Positions 38,280 through 48,529 of a stretch of DNA of 64,000 nucleotides are shown here, one piece after another. The stretch is from Endomicrobiales bacterium. Lineage in GTDB: Bacteria; Elusimicrobiota; Endomicrobiia; Endomicrobiales; JALOBY01. The stretch covers positions 160,001-224,000 of the forward strand of contig CAWCNJ010000004.1 of assembly GCA_963796955.1 (NCBI GenBank), read 5' to 3'. The position numbers and the translations under genes are program-made. A model generated the notes under the pieces. That model saw only the letters and a program-made list of their open reading frames with translations. It did no database searches and was not told where the DNA came from. Numbering within the stretch: the first letter of the stretch is position 1; each line of letters opens with the position of its first letter.

Positions 38280-38849
38280 TCAGACCGTTTCATTCCATGT
38301 TAAGATCGCGGTGGGGTGCAGCCAGGCGTTTTTTTTAATACAAAAATCAAGTTTTACCTTTTCCGCCTCGCGCATCGCCAGTTCCAGATTCCTCATCGCC
38401 AGGCGCCGCAACTTGCTCACGCTCGCATAGCGGCGGTCCGGCGCTGTAATATCGGCAACATAAAGTATTTTCGCGAGCTTCGTCATACTCGGCCCGCCGA
38501 GCGTATGCTGGGCTATCGCGTCAAGTACATCACGTTTTGTTACCTTAAACTTCGTGCGCGCGATATGGGCGCTTATATAGCCGTGCAGCAAAGAGGGGTT
38601 ATGTTTAATTATCTCTTCCCGGCAGGGTGCCTCCACCCGATGCTTTTTTGCGTACGTTATCATCTGGTCTTTGCTGTAACCTTTGCCGGCGTCATGCAGC
38701 AGCGCCGCGAGCACCGCGTCTTTAATATCAACGCCGTGCTTTTGGGCAAGTATCGCGGCCACTTTGGCTGTCCCGATGGTATGCCGGTATCTGGCTGGTT
38801 GCAGATGCGAACTTAAATATTCAGCGATGGTTTCATGCAATGTTTTCAT
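38280..38849 (-). CDS. yqeK: HD-domain bis(5'-nucleosyl)-tetraphosphatase (symmetrical)
   Basis: RYRHT..V…A.LLHDAGK…LLHG…HT.G…KILYVAD; lies directly after nadD. Confidence 0.88.
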   Translation of the reverse strand: MKTLHETIAEYLSSHLQPARYRHTIGTAKVAAILAQKHGVDIKDAVLAALLHDAGKGYSKDQMITYAKKHRVEAPCREEIIKHNPSLLHGYISAHIARTKFKVTKRDVLDAIAQHTLGGPSMTKLAKILYVADITAPDRRYASVSKLRRLAMRNLELAMREAEKVKLDFCIKKNAWLHPTAILTWNETV

Positions 38850-39423
38850 AAAGTTGATGTTTGGTGATATATTCAGCTACAGGCTTTGCGACAAGCGTCT
38901 CAATGCTTTTGCCCGCTTCTATCCCGGCCCGAATCCCGGTTGAAGAAATACCAGGTATCTTTCCTGAAAGTTTAACTATTTTCCCGTCGAATATACGAGG
39001 CACTGTAAATTTTGTTCCGCTTCTCATGCCTGCCGCTACCGTACAGAGCTTCGATATCAGCTCAGGCCGTTTCCACCCGCCAAGCTCGTTAACGGAATCA
39101 CCGCCTACAATAAAGAATAGTTTTCCGCCAGGGAACCGTGCCCTAAAATATTTCAGTGTCTGCCACGTATATGTTGTCCCATTCCTTTCTAATTCAAAGC
39201 GCGAAACGTTGTCTTTTGTGTCGATGCACAACTGTAACATTTTTACGCGCTCACCTGCCGCGGCCAGCCTTCTCTCCAGCTTATGGGGCGGGCATTTCGC
39301 CGGCACAAAAAATATCGTATCCAGCCCTAATTGCTCCCGTGCCAGTTCCGCGAGCGCCAGATGCCCCACATGCACCGGGTCGAACGACCCCCCGAAAATA
39401 CCGATCCTTTTTGTTTCCGCCAT
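38833..39423 (-). CDS. nadD: Nicotinate-nucleotide adenylyltransferase
   Basis: IGIFGGSFDPVHVGH, PPHK, YTWQTL, FIVGGD, ISSTGIR. Confidence 0.95.
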   Translation of the reverse strand: MAETKRIGIFGGSFDPVHVGHLALAELAREQLGLDTIFFVPAKCPPHKLERRLAAAGERVKMLQLCIDTKDNVSRFELERNGTTYTWQTLKYFRARFPGGKLFFIVGGDSVNELGGWKRPELISKLCTVAAGMRSGTKFTVPRIFDGKIVKLSGKIPGISSTGIRAGIEAGKSIETLVAKPVAEYITKHQLYENIA

Positions 39424-39636
39424 ACCCACATTTTAGCAAATTCTGCACGCACCGCCAAACAACCCGTATAGCGCTTAATTATACTACTGTAATAATGTGA
39501 AAATAATAGATACATAATGTGAAAAACGTGTGAAATGTAACGACAAGAAAATTCGTAGTATGATTAACAAACGACGTTGCCGCGGTGGATTTAAACAGTG
39601 TGTGAGCTCTCTGCCTGTTTGTTCAATCAAAAAGTA

Positions 39637-39697
39637 TTGACAATGAAGAAATTTAATTGTATATAATATATGTACATATGTATATAAATTATGTACA
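39637..39697 (+). promoter_or_regulatory. Promoter (TTGACA…TATA) overlapped by two 19-bp near-palindromic operators
   Basis: TTGACA at 39637; tgtatataatatatgtaca at 39658-39676 and tgtatataaattatgtaca at 39679-39697. Confidence 0.65.
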
Positions 39698-39713
39698 AAT
39701 AGGAGATTGATGT

Positions 39714-40040
39714 ATGCTGGAATCGCTGTTTGGCAATAAGATTATCGAGAAGATCTTTTTTTACTTGCTGGTGTACGATAACGGATATATCCGGGGTATT
39801 TCCAATACATTTGAAGTTCCTGTGACTGGTGTTGTTCAGCAGTTGGATCGTCTTGAGAATGGTGGAGTCGTGGTAAGCCAGAAAAAGGGGAAGATACGGC
39901 TTTATCAGTTTAACCCGCGGTATCCGTTTTTGACCGAATTGAAAGTGTTCCTTCAACGGGCGATGGATGTGATGCCTCAGAGTGAGATAGAGAAATATTA
40001 CCGGATGCGCACAAGGCCGCGCAGGAAAGGGAAACCGTGA
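39714..40040 (+). CDS. Winged-helix DNA-binding protein (putative antitoxin/regulator)
   Basis: LESLFG…YIRGIS…VVQQLDRLENGGVV…G..RLYQFNP.YP; AGGAG RBS. Confidence 0.72.
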   Translation: MLESLFGNKIIEKIFFYLLVYDNGYIRGISNTFEVPVTGVVQQLDRLENGGVVVSQKKGKIRLYQFNPRYPFLTELKVFLQRAMDVMPQSEIEKYYRMRTRPRRKGKP

Positions 40041-40555
40041 TAGAGTGGAAAACTATCGATATTGAAGGTTTGGCGGTAGTAGTAAGCGCAGAACTCTCAA
40101 AGCACAATGTCGACGCCGTATTGGTTGGCGGCGCCTGCGTTTCCATATACTCGCATAACAAATATGAGTCTGCAGACCTGGATTATATTTCACATGCCGA
40201 GTTGAAAGAATTGGAAAGAATAATGCATGGAATAGGGTTTTACAAAAAAAGCGGCAGACATTTCGAGCACAGCGATTGTCCGCTTTTTGTTGAATTCCCG
40301 CCTCCCCCGGTGGCGATCGGCAAAGAAATGCCGATAACGAAGTTTAATCGTATGAAGACTGTGGTGCTGCTGACGCCGACTGACTGTGTTAAGGACAGGT
40401 TGGCGGCTTATTATCATTGGAATGATCCCCAGTCCCTTGAGCAGGCGCTGATGGTGGCACGGGCGCAGAAAATAGATATGAACAACATACGGAAGTGGTC
40501 GGAGAAAGAAGGCGCTGTGGAAAAGTTTACAAGATTCGAATCGTTGTTAAAATAG
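40037..40555 (+). CDS. Nucleotidyltransferase-fold protein (putative toxin, AbiEii/DUF6036-like)
   Basis: VLVGG…S.DLDY pol-beta NTase motif; GTGA overlap with the HTH gene. Confidence 0.65.
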   Translation: MIEWKTIDIEGLAVVVSAELSKHNVDAVLVGGACVSIYSHNKYESADLDYISHAELKELERIMHGIGFYKKSGRHFEHSDCPLFVEFPPPPVAIGKEMPITKFNRMKTVVLLTPTDCVKDRLAAYYHWNDPQSLEQALMVARAQKIDMNNIRKWSEKEGAVEKFTRFESLLK

Positions 40556-40575
40556 CGCTCGTGGGCACTCAGCGG

Positions 40576-40872
40576 TTACGACTTCTTAAAGAGTTTGTCC
40601 CATTTGGCTCGGGCGGTTGCAGCTGCATCTGCGGTGTTTTTAAGTGGCGGCGCACTTGTTTCCTTGAACTGGAATTCTTCGCAGAAATTGGCGCGTTCTT
40701 TGTTTAATACCGGTTCTATGCCGCGTTCTTTGCAATATGAGGCCGCGTGTTCGTCGAAATTTACGCAGTTGCGGCAGACGTGCAGGTCCTCGTTGCAGCG
40801 TTCACACGTTGCTCTTGTTGCGGGTTGACTTACGCCGTTCCATTCTGTGTTGCACTTCCAACAGAGTTTCAT
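40576..40872 (-). CDS. Small Cys-rich zinc-ribbon protein
   Basis: CWKC…CERC…LHVCRNC…C…NFCEEF; ends KWDKLFKK. Confidence 0.75.
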   Translation of the reverse strand: MKLCWKCNTEWNGVSQPATRATCERCNEDLHVCRNCVNFDEHAASYCKERGIEPVLNKERANFCEEFQFKETSAPPLKNTADAAATARAKWDKLFKKS

Positions 40873-40909
40873 AGAACTATTATAGCAAAATTCACAAAAG
40901 GCATAGTAT

Positions 40910-41425
40910 ATGATCCGCCGTATCCTTGTATTGGTGATCGCCGGTGTTTTAGCTGCCCTGCTTATCCGGGCTTATGTTGTTGAAGGTATTTATGTGGCGT
41001 CGGCTTCCATGGAGCCGACCCTGCCGGTGTGTGCTAATTTTTTTCTTGAAAAGATCACTATCAAGCTACATAACCCCGTGTATGGCGATATCGTTGTCTT
41101 TCCTTCACCGATAGCTGAAAACCATGATCTTATTAAACGTGTGATCGCCCTGCCGGGTGATACGATCGAGATAAAAGAGAAAGCGGTTTTCCGTAACGGT
41201 GTTCGCCTCGTTGAACCGTATGTGAAACATACCCGGCCGGGTGAGATCCTCGAGGGGGACAACCTTGGCCCGCTCGTTATTCCTAAAGGCATGATCTTTG
41301 TTATGGGTGATAACCGTGATGAATCGGGTGACAGCAGGGATTGGATAGATAAGAATACCGGCGAGCACATCTATTTTGTAGCGCTTGCAGCCATTAAGGG
41401 TAAGATTCTACAATTTCAGAACTAG
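40910..41425 (+). CDS. lepB: Signal peptidase I
   Basis: SASMEPTL, LIKRVIALPGD, FVMGDNRDESGDSR. Confidence 0.93.
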   Translation: MIRRILVLVIAGVLAALLIRAYVVEGIYVASASMEPTLPVCANFFLEKITIKLHNPVYGDIVVFPSPIAENHDLIKRVIALPGDTIEIKEKAVFRNGVRLVEPYVKHTRPGEILEGDNLGPLVIPKGMIFVMGDNRDESGDSRDWIDKNTGEHIYFVALAAIKGKILQFQN

Positions 41426-42201
41426 ATCGTCTGAATGTTCTTTGTCGCGACCCAGCCTTTTAACCCTTCCGCTTTTATCGAGATCGCCGTCCAATCGCCT
41501 TGCACGCTTAACACCTCTATGCTGCGTCCTTCAGGAAGGGAAAATCCCACGGTTTCGTTCATGTCGGGGCCGTTACGCACTTCGGCGGGGCCCGCGGTAA
41601 CTACGGCGTGGCGGGTGATAATTTCGTCCTGCACTTTCAGGGCTAATATACCGGCGCCGGCGGCAAACAGGATCGCAGAAAAGAAAACCGACCACAGGGC
41701 GGCGCGATAACCGCGGAAAAGCCATATCGTCCCAAGGATCACGCAAAAATAAAGAAGTATTATAGAGGCGACCGCGGCTTCGTTCAGAGAGACAAAACCG
41801 GTCAGGATAGAGAGCATGTACTGGGCAAATCCGGGATCGGGCTCACCCGCCGTCTGCCGGATGAAAGCGGCGTTGTAACGGATATCGCTGTCCCTTGGCG
41901 CCTGCCGCAACGCCCTTTCGTATGATATCAAAGCGAGACCCGGTTTCTGGGCCCGGTAATAGCTGTTGCCCAGATCGTACAACAATGCCGCGCTCGGTGT
42001 TCCTTTCGCGGCCAGGGCCTCATACATGGCCACCGCCTGATCGAACTTCCCTTCCTTATAAAACCCTGCCGCCTGATTAAAATCTGCAAGAGGATCTGCT
42101 ATAGCCGGTTTGGTATCAGGTTGGGCATGAGAGAGTCTTACTCCAGCCGTTGCGATCATCAATAGTGCAGCCAATAGAGTGATTATTTTTTTGTTATTCA
42201 T
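41422..42201 (-). CDS. batE: BatE-like TPR + TM + SH3b protein
   Basis: YDLGNSYYR…YERALR..PRD.DIRYN, two TMs, VRNGP…L.EG…GWV; last gene of the bat cluster. Confidence 0.75.
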   Translation of the reverse strand: MNNKKIITLLAALLMIATAGVRLSHAQPDTKPAIADPLADFNQAAGFYKEGKFDQAVAMYEALAAKGTPSAALLYDLGNSYYRAQKPGLALISYERALRQAPRDSDIRYNAAFIRQTAGEPDPGFAQYMLSILTGFVSLNEAAVASIILLYFCVILGTIWLFRGYRAALWSVFFSAILFAAGAGILALKVQDEIITRHAVVTAGPAEVRNGPDMNETVGFSLPEGRSIEVLSVQGDWTAISIKAEGLKGWVATKNIQTI

Positions 42202-44039
42202 TTAAATGCCTTGTCCAGCTTGCTTAATAATTTCGCGGTTTCGTTATAGGACGCCTGCATCATTTCCGGCGTAGTTTGCGTTGGGGCAAAACGCACCAGG
42301 TCGCATTCTTCCAGAAGTTTTGCCATGGAAACGCGCAGCTCTTCCGGAATGTTTCGTCCAGCCATCGCTTCGGAAAGTGCGGCGACAGTGGCGCCTTCAG
42401 GGGAAACATTCAATTTGTGCGCGATATATTCAGTCACAGAGCGGGAAAGGGCCGCATAAAATTGCTGCACGTCTTTATTCTTCAGTTCAACTGCCGCAGA
42501 CTTAAGATATTTTTTCGCCACACCGGAAGCGCTCAGGCTGCGGGCGAAGGCGACATCTCCTCTCAGCTTGCGCTGCCACAGATAGTAGCCGAGGGTAAGT
42601 ATCCCAAATGGCAGCGGCAGCGCCGCAAGAGCGAGATACAGATTATTTAACACCAGCGGGCCGGTGCCTTCCTGCCATTTGTTCAGCGTTTTAAGAAAGC
42701 GTATGTCACGGTTCACCAGCGTTACGGACGGCATGCCGAGTGAGCTCGGGGCGGCGTTCTGGCCGGCAGGCAGAGTGCTTTGCGCCGATGATGCCGTTGT
42801 TGTGTTGCCGGGTGCCACATCAAGCGTTATCGGTTTTGTAGAGGCTGTGCGGTATGCCTTTGTTTTCGGATCGAAGAAAGTAAACGACAATGCGGGTATT
42901 ATTTTCTTGCCGGGGGATAACGGCGAAAGCACTGATTTAAATACCTTTGAACCGCGCGCAGAGCCTGAGGTTACGGAATAATCGGCATTCGCCGTCGTAT
43001 CGTATTTCTTTATGTCCTGCCAGTTCGGCAGCACCGGCTCGGGGATGGTTTTTATATTGCCTTCTCCTGAAACTGTAAAGCTGAGCGTTATGGCGTCATT
43101 AACCTTTGTTTTGTTCTTATCGGTAACGGCGGAGACGGTATAATCGCCGACGGCCCCGTTGAAGTCAGCCGGTTTGCCGTCCGTCGGCAGGGCATGCACA
43201 TTTATTGTGATCGGCAGCGTTTTTAACGTAACGGTTTTGCCGCCGAACGCGTTCGCGAAAAAATCGTCCGAGAACGGGTCGCCGTTCAGCGACATCGCCT
43301 GTACCTGTATCAGCGCGGGGTCTATAGTTATAAGGCCGGCCTTAGTGGGGAACAGCAACACCTTCAGCTCGCTTACCGCGTAAGAAGTGCCGTTAACGGT
43401 AGTCTGGCCGTTAGTAGGTTTAAATTCTTCCATCCAAAAACCCTCGAAGGACGGCTTCTGGAACGCAGGATTGCTGGTAAGGCGCGCGCGGTAATAAAAC
43501 CGGAAGGTGTAGGTAAGCTGCTCGTTAACAAAACAGCTCTTTTTATCAACGTTAGCTTCAACGAAGATCTCTTTGTTCTGGGTGCTTTGCTGCGCGTTCT
43601 GCGTGCGCCTGTGGTTGTTAGAGTACTGTTGCTGCTGCCCGCCCGCCGCTGGCGCATTGCCGGCAGTCACTTTTATTCCTATGGGCTGTGTTTGCCAGGT
43701 CTTACCGCTGTCTTCCACAACGATCGGCGGAATAGTAAAGCTGCCCACGGCATTCGGCGTAAGCATATAATTGAATGTAATAGAGCCGGACATGTGCCCG
43801 TTAACCACGGATATGCTCTGTGACCTGCCCGATCCTGTAATAGTAAAATTGGAAAGTGCCGGGATTTTTGGTTCAGGAATAGAAACCGTATCGCCGCTAA
43901 CCTGCACCTGCAACACCGCCTGCTCATTCCTGCCAATAACAGTCCGGTCAAGCGAGGCCTCAATAGAGAGGTTTGCTGCTTGGACAACACTGACAACGGA
44001 TATTAAGAGGAGAACGGATAAATGAATTTTTGTCTTCAT
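42198..44039 (-). CDS. batD: BatD family protein
   Basis: SQSISVVNG, F.GAVG.Y, GEGNIK, DIRFLK, L..CD.VRFAP. Confidence 0.85.
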   Translation of the reverse strand: MKTKIHLSVLLLISVVSVVQAANLSIEASLDRTVIGRNEQAVLQVQVSGDTVSIPEPKIPALSNFTITGSGRSQSISVVNGHMSGSITFNYMLTPNAVGSFTIPPIVVEDSGKTWQTQPIGIKVTAGNAPAAGGQQQQYSNNHRRTQNAQQSTQNKEIFVEANVDKKSCFVNEQLTYTFRFYYRARLTSNPAFQKPSFEGFWMEEFKPTNGQTTVNGTSYAVSELKVLLFPTKAGLITIDPALIQVQAMSLNGDPFSDDFFANAFGGKTVTLKTLPITINVHALPTDGKPADFNGAVGDYTVSAVTDKNKTKVNDAITLSFTVSGEGNIKTIPEPVLPNWQDIKKYDTTANADYSVTSGSARGSKVFKSVLSPLSPGKKIIPALSFTFFDPKTKAYRTASTKPITLDVAPGNTTTASSAQSTLPAGQNAAPSSLGMPSVTLVNRDIRFLKTLNKWQEGTGPLVLNNLYLALAALPLPFGILTLGYYLWQRKLRGDVAFARSLSASGVAKKYLKSAAVELKNKDVQQFYAALSRSVTEYIAHKLNVSPEGATVAALSEAMAGRNIPEELRVSMAKLLEECDLVRFAPTQTTPEMMQASYNETAKLLSKLDKAFK

Positions 44040-44093
44040 AAAATGGGCTCGCACCCAAGCATCGTCAAACTCGAGGCTGTGTTGTTGTAAATG

Positions 44094-44747
44094 CTACCAA
44101 TCCTCTTCAGTCTTAGGCATCGGAGGCTGAGCAGCCCTCTTTTTCTTCAGAGAATTCTTATCCGCGTCATCAAAAGACTGCAAAATTCGCTTTGCATCTT
44201 CCTTGCTCATGCCGCCTTTTTTTTGGTCTTGCTGTTCTTCGTTTTTGTCTTTGTTCTGCTGTTTCTTATCCTGATCTTTCTTCTTGTCTTTCTGGTTCTT
44301 TTTTTGCGGCTGATTTTTTGCTTTTGAGATATATTCAAGATTGTATTTAGCGTCTTCGTCTTTAGGGTTAAGCTTCAAGGCTTTTTTATAGTAGTCCGCG
44401 GCCTCATCATTCTTCTGATTCTTAAAGGCGCTGTTGCCCAGATTGTAATATGCCCTTGAACGTACTATCGGGTTTTTGCTGCTAAGAGCTTTGTTGAACT
44501 CGCTCTGCGCGTCTTCAAGGCTGTTCGTTTTATAAAGCGCATCCCCAAGGTTGAAGTGCACTACGGAGTTGTTGGGGTTTGACATTTCGGCGTCGCGGTA
44601 TTTTTTAAGCGCACCGTCGTAATCGCTTTGTTTGTACAGTTTATTGCCGTCGTTTATGCTGCCGCCGGCACCGGCGAATGCGGGCGACGCAGCAGCAATA
44701 AACAATGATATCATTAAAAGACTTGGTTTTAAAAGTTTAAATTTCAT
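44094..44747 (-). CDS. batC: BatC-like TPR protein
   Basis: GNKLYK, FNLGDALYK, YYNLGN, DAKYNLE, K/Q-rich linker, MSKEDA.RIL, terminal DW. Confidence 0.82.
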   Translation of the reverse strand: MKFKLLKPSLLMISLFIAAASPAFAGAGGSINDGNKLYKQSDYDGALKKYRDAEMSNPNNSVVHFNLGDALYKTNSLEDAQSEFNKALSSKNPIVRSRAYYNLGNSAFKNQKNDEAADYYKKALKLNPKDEDAKYNLEYISKAKNQPQKKNQKDKKKDQDKKQQNKDKNEEQQDQKKGGMSKEDAKRILQSFDDADKNSLKKKRAAQPPMPKTEEDW

Positions 44748-45741
44748 TTTTCTTCGTTTCCGGTATCATAAATTCCACCAGCAACAGCAGCAGGCCGAAG
44801 AACAGGAAATACTGATAACGGTCTTCCAGCTGGCGGTTCATTTTTGATGAGCGTTTAGAATGCTCCAGGGCGCCAAGGTCGCTGAGCAGACGGCTGTTGT
44901 CAATATTGCCGTCGATAGCGCGGAAATATTCGCCGCCGGTACTTGAGGCCATCTTAAGCAGCAGGCTTTCGTCCATCTTGGACATTACGACCGTTCCCTT
45001 CTTATCTTTTTTGTAGCCCGCGAATTTTCCTGATTCATCCGTGAGTGGTATCGGTTCGCCCTGCGGATTGCCAAAACCGATCGTATAGATCTTTATGCCC
45101 TGGCTGGCGGCGGTCGCCGCGGCGCCTTCGGGGTCAGAATGATGATCTTCACCGTCTGTCAGCAAAACTATCGCTTTTGATTTCGGCGCCGTTTTTTCAA
45201 GCCCTTTGGTAGCCAGGTTTATTGCGCTGCCAATGGATGTGCCTGGCATCGGTATAAGGTTCGCATCCATTATCTGCAAGAAAAGTATAGCCCCCGAGGT
45301 GTCCAGCGTTAAGGGGCACTGCCAGAACGATGTGCCCGCGAAGGCAATAATGCCTATGCGGTTGCCCTGCAATTGCTGCACCAGCTGGGAAAGCAGCATC
45401 TTCGCTTTTTCAATACGCGAAGGTTTTGTGTCCTGAGCCAGCATGCTGGTGGATACATCTACGCAGATAACGATATCGGAAGTGTTCTGTGTTACCTCTA
45501 CAAGCTTAGTGCCGAACTGCGGGCGTGCGAGCGCCAGTATGCAAAAGAAAAGCGCTGCGGAAAGAAGGATAAAACGAACAAGCCTCAGGCGCGGGTTCGT
45601 GTTAGAAAGTCTGCGCACCAGGGGTAGCTCGCCCCAGACAGCCAGCGACTTGTTCGTTGACCCTATAATATAAATGTAGAGAAATCCCAGTAAAGGTATT
45701 GTTATCAGCAAAAATAATGCCATCGGGTTCGCGAAATCCAT
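44737..45741 (-). CDS. batB: BatB-like VWA domain protein
   Basis: LARPQFG, DVSTSM MIDAS, CPLTLD, LTDGEDH. Confidence 0.85.
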   Translation of the reverse strand: MDFANPMALFLLITIPLLGFLYIYIIGSTNKSLAVWGELPLVRRLSNTNPRLRLVRFILLSAALFFCILALARPQFGTKLVEVTQNTSDIVICVDVSTSMLAQDTKPSRIEKAKMLLSQLVQQLQGNRIGIIAFAGTSFWQCPLTLDTSGAILFLQIMDANLIPMPGTSIGSAINLATKGLEKTAPKSKAIVLLTDGEDHHSDPEGAAATAASQGIKIYTIGFGNPQGEPIPLTDESGKFAGYKKDKKGTVVMSKMDESLLLKMASSTGGEYFRAIDGNIDNSRLLSDLGALEHSKRSSKMNRQLEDRYQYFLFFGLLLLLVEFMIPETKKNEI

Positions 45742-45742
45742 G

Positions 45743-46729
45743 TTACGGTAAGGTCCTCAGCCAGGTGTAGCGTAGCGCAAGTTCCAGCGCCAGCAGTATA
45801 GCTGCAAGAAATAGATATATGTGGAACTTTTCGGTATAACTTGTATGCTTCAGAGCTTTGATATCCGTTTTTTCCAGGCTGTCTATCTGGTGGAAAATGT
45901 CCTGCAGGGAACGGGTGTCCGTGGCGCGGAAATAGCGGCCGTTCGTAGTTTCGGCGATCTTCGCGAGCATATCTTCGTCAAGGTCGTTGTCCGGCAGCCG
46001 CACCAGCTGCCTGCCGAAGGGGGTGTCCACCGGGTAAAGCGCGCCGCCGGGCGCGCCGCAGCCGATAGTGTAGATCTTAATGTCCAATGCGGCGGCGGCC
46101 TGCGCGGCGGTCATCGGGTCTATCTCGCCGCGGTTGTTGCGGCCGTCGGTAAGCAGTATCATCACCTTGCTCTTGCCGGGTGTGTTCTTTATGCGGTTAG
46201 TTGCTGTGGCAATGGCGGAACCTATCGCCGTGCCGTCCACCTCCGTCATATCAACTTCCGCCTGGTCCAGAAAATTAAGCAGGGCTTCGTGGTCTATCGT
46301 CAAGGGGCACTGGGTATAGGCCATTCCGCCGAAAACAACTATACCGATACGGTCGTGGCTGCGGGAATTAACGAATTCTTTTGCCACATCCCGTGCTGCC
46401 TCAAAACGGTTCTTCGGCTGAAAATCCAGCGCCTTCATGCTGGAAGAGGTGTCCAGTATCATCATGATGTCTATGCCGCTGTTAGATATCTCCTCGGTAT
46501 TCTTGCCGACCTGCGGGCGGGCCATCGCGATGATCAGCAGTGCCAGCACGCCATACCTCAGATAGTCGGGCACATTGCGCAACCTGGCGCGCAGCGACGG
46601 AGCTATGCTCTCCAGTGGTTTGGTGTTTGAAAATACCATGCGCGCCTTTGCCAGATACTTCCACCGGTACCAGAAGATCAGCGGCAGGGCCAGCAATAGA
46701 TATAGGAAATTAGGGTTTGCGAAATGCAT
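45743..46729 (-). CDS. batA: BatA-like VWA domain protein
   Basis: MARPQ, DTSSSM MIDAS, GTAIG, LLTDGRNN, YFRATD. Confidence 0.87.
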   Translation of the reverse strand: MHFANPNFLYLLLALPLIFWYRWKYLAKARMVFSNTKPLESIAPSLRARLRNVPDYLRYGVLALLIIAMARPQVGKNTEEISNSGIDIMMILDTSSSMKALDFQPKNRFEAARDVAKEFVNSRSHDRIGIVVFGGMAYTQCPLTIDHEALLNFLDQAEVDMTEVDGTAIGSAIATATNRIKNTPGKSKVMILLTDGRNNRGEIDPMTAAQAAAALDIKIYTIGCGAPGGALYPVDTPFGRQLVRLPDNDLDEDMLAKIAETTNGRYFRATDTRSLQDIFHQIDSLEKTDIKALKHTSYTEKFHIYLFLAAILLALELALRYTWLRTLP

Positions 46730-46730
46730 G

Positions 46731-47651
46731 TTAGATACCGGTGCTTTCAAATATAAGATTCACTATCGTTCTGGCGCGTGCCAGCTCCGCGCTGCATTCG
46801 GCGGCTTCCGGGCGATATTTGGCGAATTTTACCAGATCGCAGTTATCAAATAATTCTCTTACGGGCATCGTAATTTTAAGTTCTTTAACGGCACCTCTTA
46901 GCTGGGAAAAGATCTCACTGGTGGTCCTGTCCAGCGTTTCTATGTTGTAAACAGTGCCCAGATAGGTGCGCACGATATCAGACAACGCACTATAGTATTC
47001 CTTGATACGTCCTTCGCCGACCGGGCCTGAATTCTCAAGTTGTGCAAGTTCCTCAAGCGCCACCTCATGAGGCGGCCGTGCGGGAACCGCGGGTTCCGTG
47101 GTGCCTCCGGCGGCAGCAAGACGTCTTTGGCGGAGATAGAACCATATGCCGGCTATCGCCAGAACTAGAATTAAAATTATGAACGGCCACAGGTTTATCA
47201 GCGCCAGCGGCGGCTTGATATCGCGGATATCTCCCTGATCGCCGTATTTATCCAGCACGCTCTCTACGGGTATTGTCGTCGAGCTTGTCGAAATATTTGA
47301 AACAGCGCCGGTTGAGCTGGTAAAGCTATACGCCAGCTCCGGCACCACAATGGCGCCGGTGGAAAACGCAATGAGAGAGTAGGTGATATCCTGAGAAGTG
47401 TTACCTGATTTTGTTTGCGCCGACGCTACTTTCATGTCGGCGACCGACCATTGGCCGATCTCCACAGGTTTTTCCGGGGGTGTCAGTTTTGAGCCGGCAG
47501 GGTACGTGAGCGTTACAGTATAATGGATGGGGTCGCCGACGGTAATGACTTTTTTCTCGGCGGAAGCGCTGACCGTTATATCTGATGCGACGGCGAGAGA
47601 TAGGGATAGTATTAACGCTACTATGGCCAACAATGATCGTTTCATGGTCAT
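46731..47651 (-). CDS. Bat-cluster membrane-anchored hypothetical protein
   Basis: Signal peptide, DIRDIKPP + TM, ALEEL..L, TT.EI, DLVKFAKY. Confidence 0.75.
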   Translation of the reverse strand: MTMKRSLLAIVALILSLSLAVASDITVSASAEKKVITVGDPIHYTVTLTYPAGSKLTPPEKPVEIGQWSVADMKVASAQTKSGNTSQDITYSLIAFSTGAIVVPELAYSFTSSTGAVSNISTSSTTIPVESVLDKYGDQGDIRDIKPPLALINLWPFIILILVLAIAGIWFYLRQRRLAAAGGTTEPAVPARPPHEVALEELAQLENSGPVGEGRIKEYYSALSDIVRTYLGTVYNIETLDRTTSEIFSQLRGAVKELKITMPVRELFDNCDLVKFAKYRPEAAECSAELARARTIVNLIFESTGI

Positions 47652-48529
47652 CTGCTCTGTCTTTTCTCGCGCTTTCTGAAAAATTTAACCAGCGGCATTA
47701 TGTAGGGTACGTTCGTGGCAAGGGGTATCATGTCCACGCGCGCGCGACTTATCAGGGCGCTGGTCTCTTCGTCTTGAAGACGCCGTAACTCTATATATCG
47801 ATCGGTAACGCGCCGGTCTGAAGTGTCAACGCATACCGTCGTGCCCCGTTCGTTATCGTAAAGGTCTATCAATCCCACGGGCGGCAAGGTTTTTTCCCTG
47901 GGATCGTCTATTTTCACAGCTATAAGATCGTGGCGTTTACCGGTAACACGCAGCGCTTTTTCATATCCCTGGCCGTCAAAATCCGAAAGCACGAAGACCA
48001 CGGCTTTGCGACGCCATATCTCGTTAAGGTATTGCAGTGCCATCTCCAGGTTCGTTGCGGTCCCTTCGGGTTTAAAGAAGAGTATCTCCCGCACAAGGCG
48101 CATAATATGGTTGCGGCCTTTTTTGGGAAGCACAACTTTTTCTATACGGTCGGTGAACATTACCATGCCAACCCGGTCGTTGTTCTTGATAGCAGAAAGT
48201 GCGAGGATGGAGGCGATCTCGGCCGCAAGTTCGGCCTTAAATTTATTCTTCGTGCCAAAGCGCAGGCTGGCAGAGGCGTCCACCAGCAGTATCACCGTCA
48301 TCTCACGCTCTTCAGTAAAGCGTTTTACAAAAGGATGGCCGTATCGGGCGGTCACGTTCCAGTCAATAGTGCGTATATCGTCGCCGGGAGTGTATTCGCG
48401 CACCTCGGCAAATTCCATACCGCGGCCCTTAAAGACGCTCGAATACTGCCCGGCAAACATTTCGTTAACCAGTTTGCCGGAACGTATTTCTATACGGCGT
48501 ATTTGTTTGAGAATTTCTTTTGGAATCAT
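47648..48529 (-). CDS. DUF58 family protein (MoxR-associated)
   Basis: FKGRGMEFAEVREY.PGDDIR.IDWNVTAR, F.EERE, DASASL; start at MIPKEIL. Confidence 0.92.
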   Translation of the reverse strand: MIPKEILKQIRRIEIRSGKLVNEMFAGQYSSVFKGRGMEFAEVREYTPGDDIRTIDWNVTARYGHPFVKRFTEEREMTVILLVDASASLRFGTKNKFKAELAAEIASILALSAIKNNDRVGMVMFTDRIEKVVLPKKGRNHIMRLVREILFFKPEGTATNLEMALQYLNEIWRRKAVVFVLSDFDGQGYEKALRVTGKRHDLIAVKIDDPREKTLPPVGLIDLYDNERGTTVCVDTSDRRVTDRYIELRRLQDEETSALISRARVDMIPLATNVPYIMPLVKFFRKREKRQSR

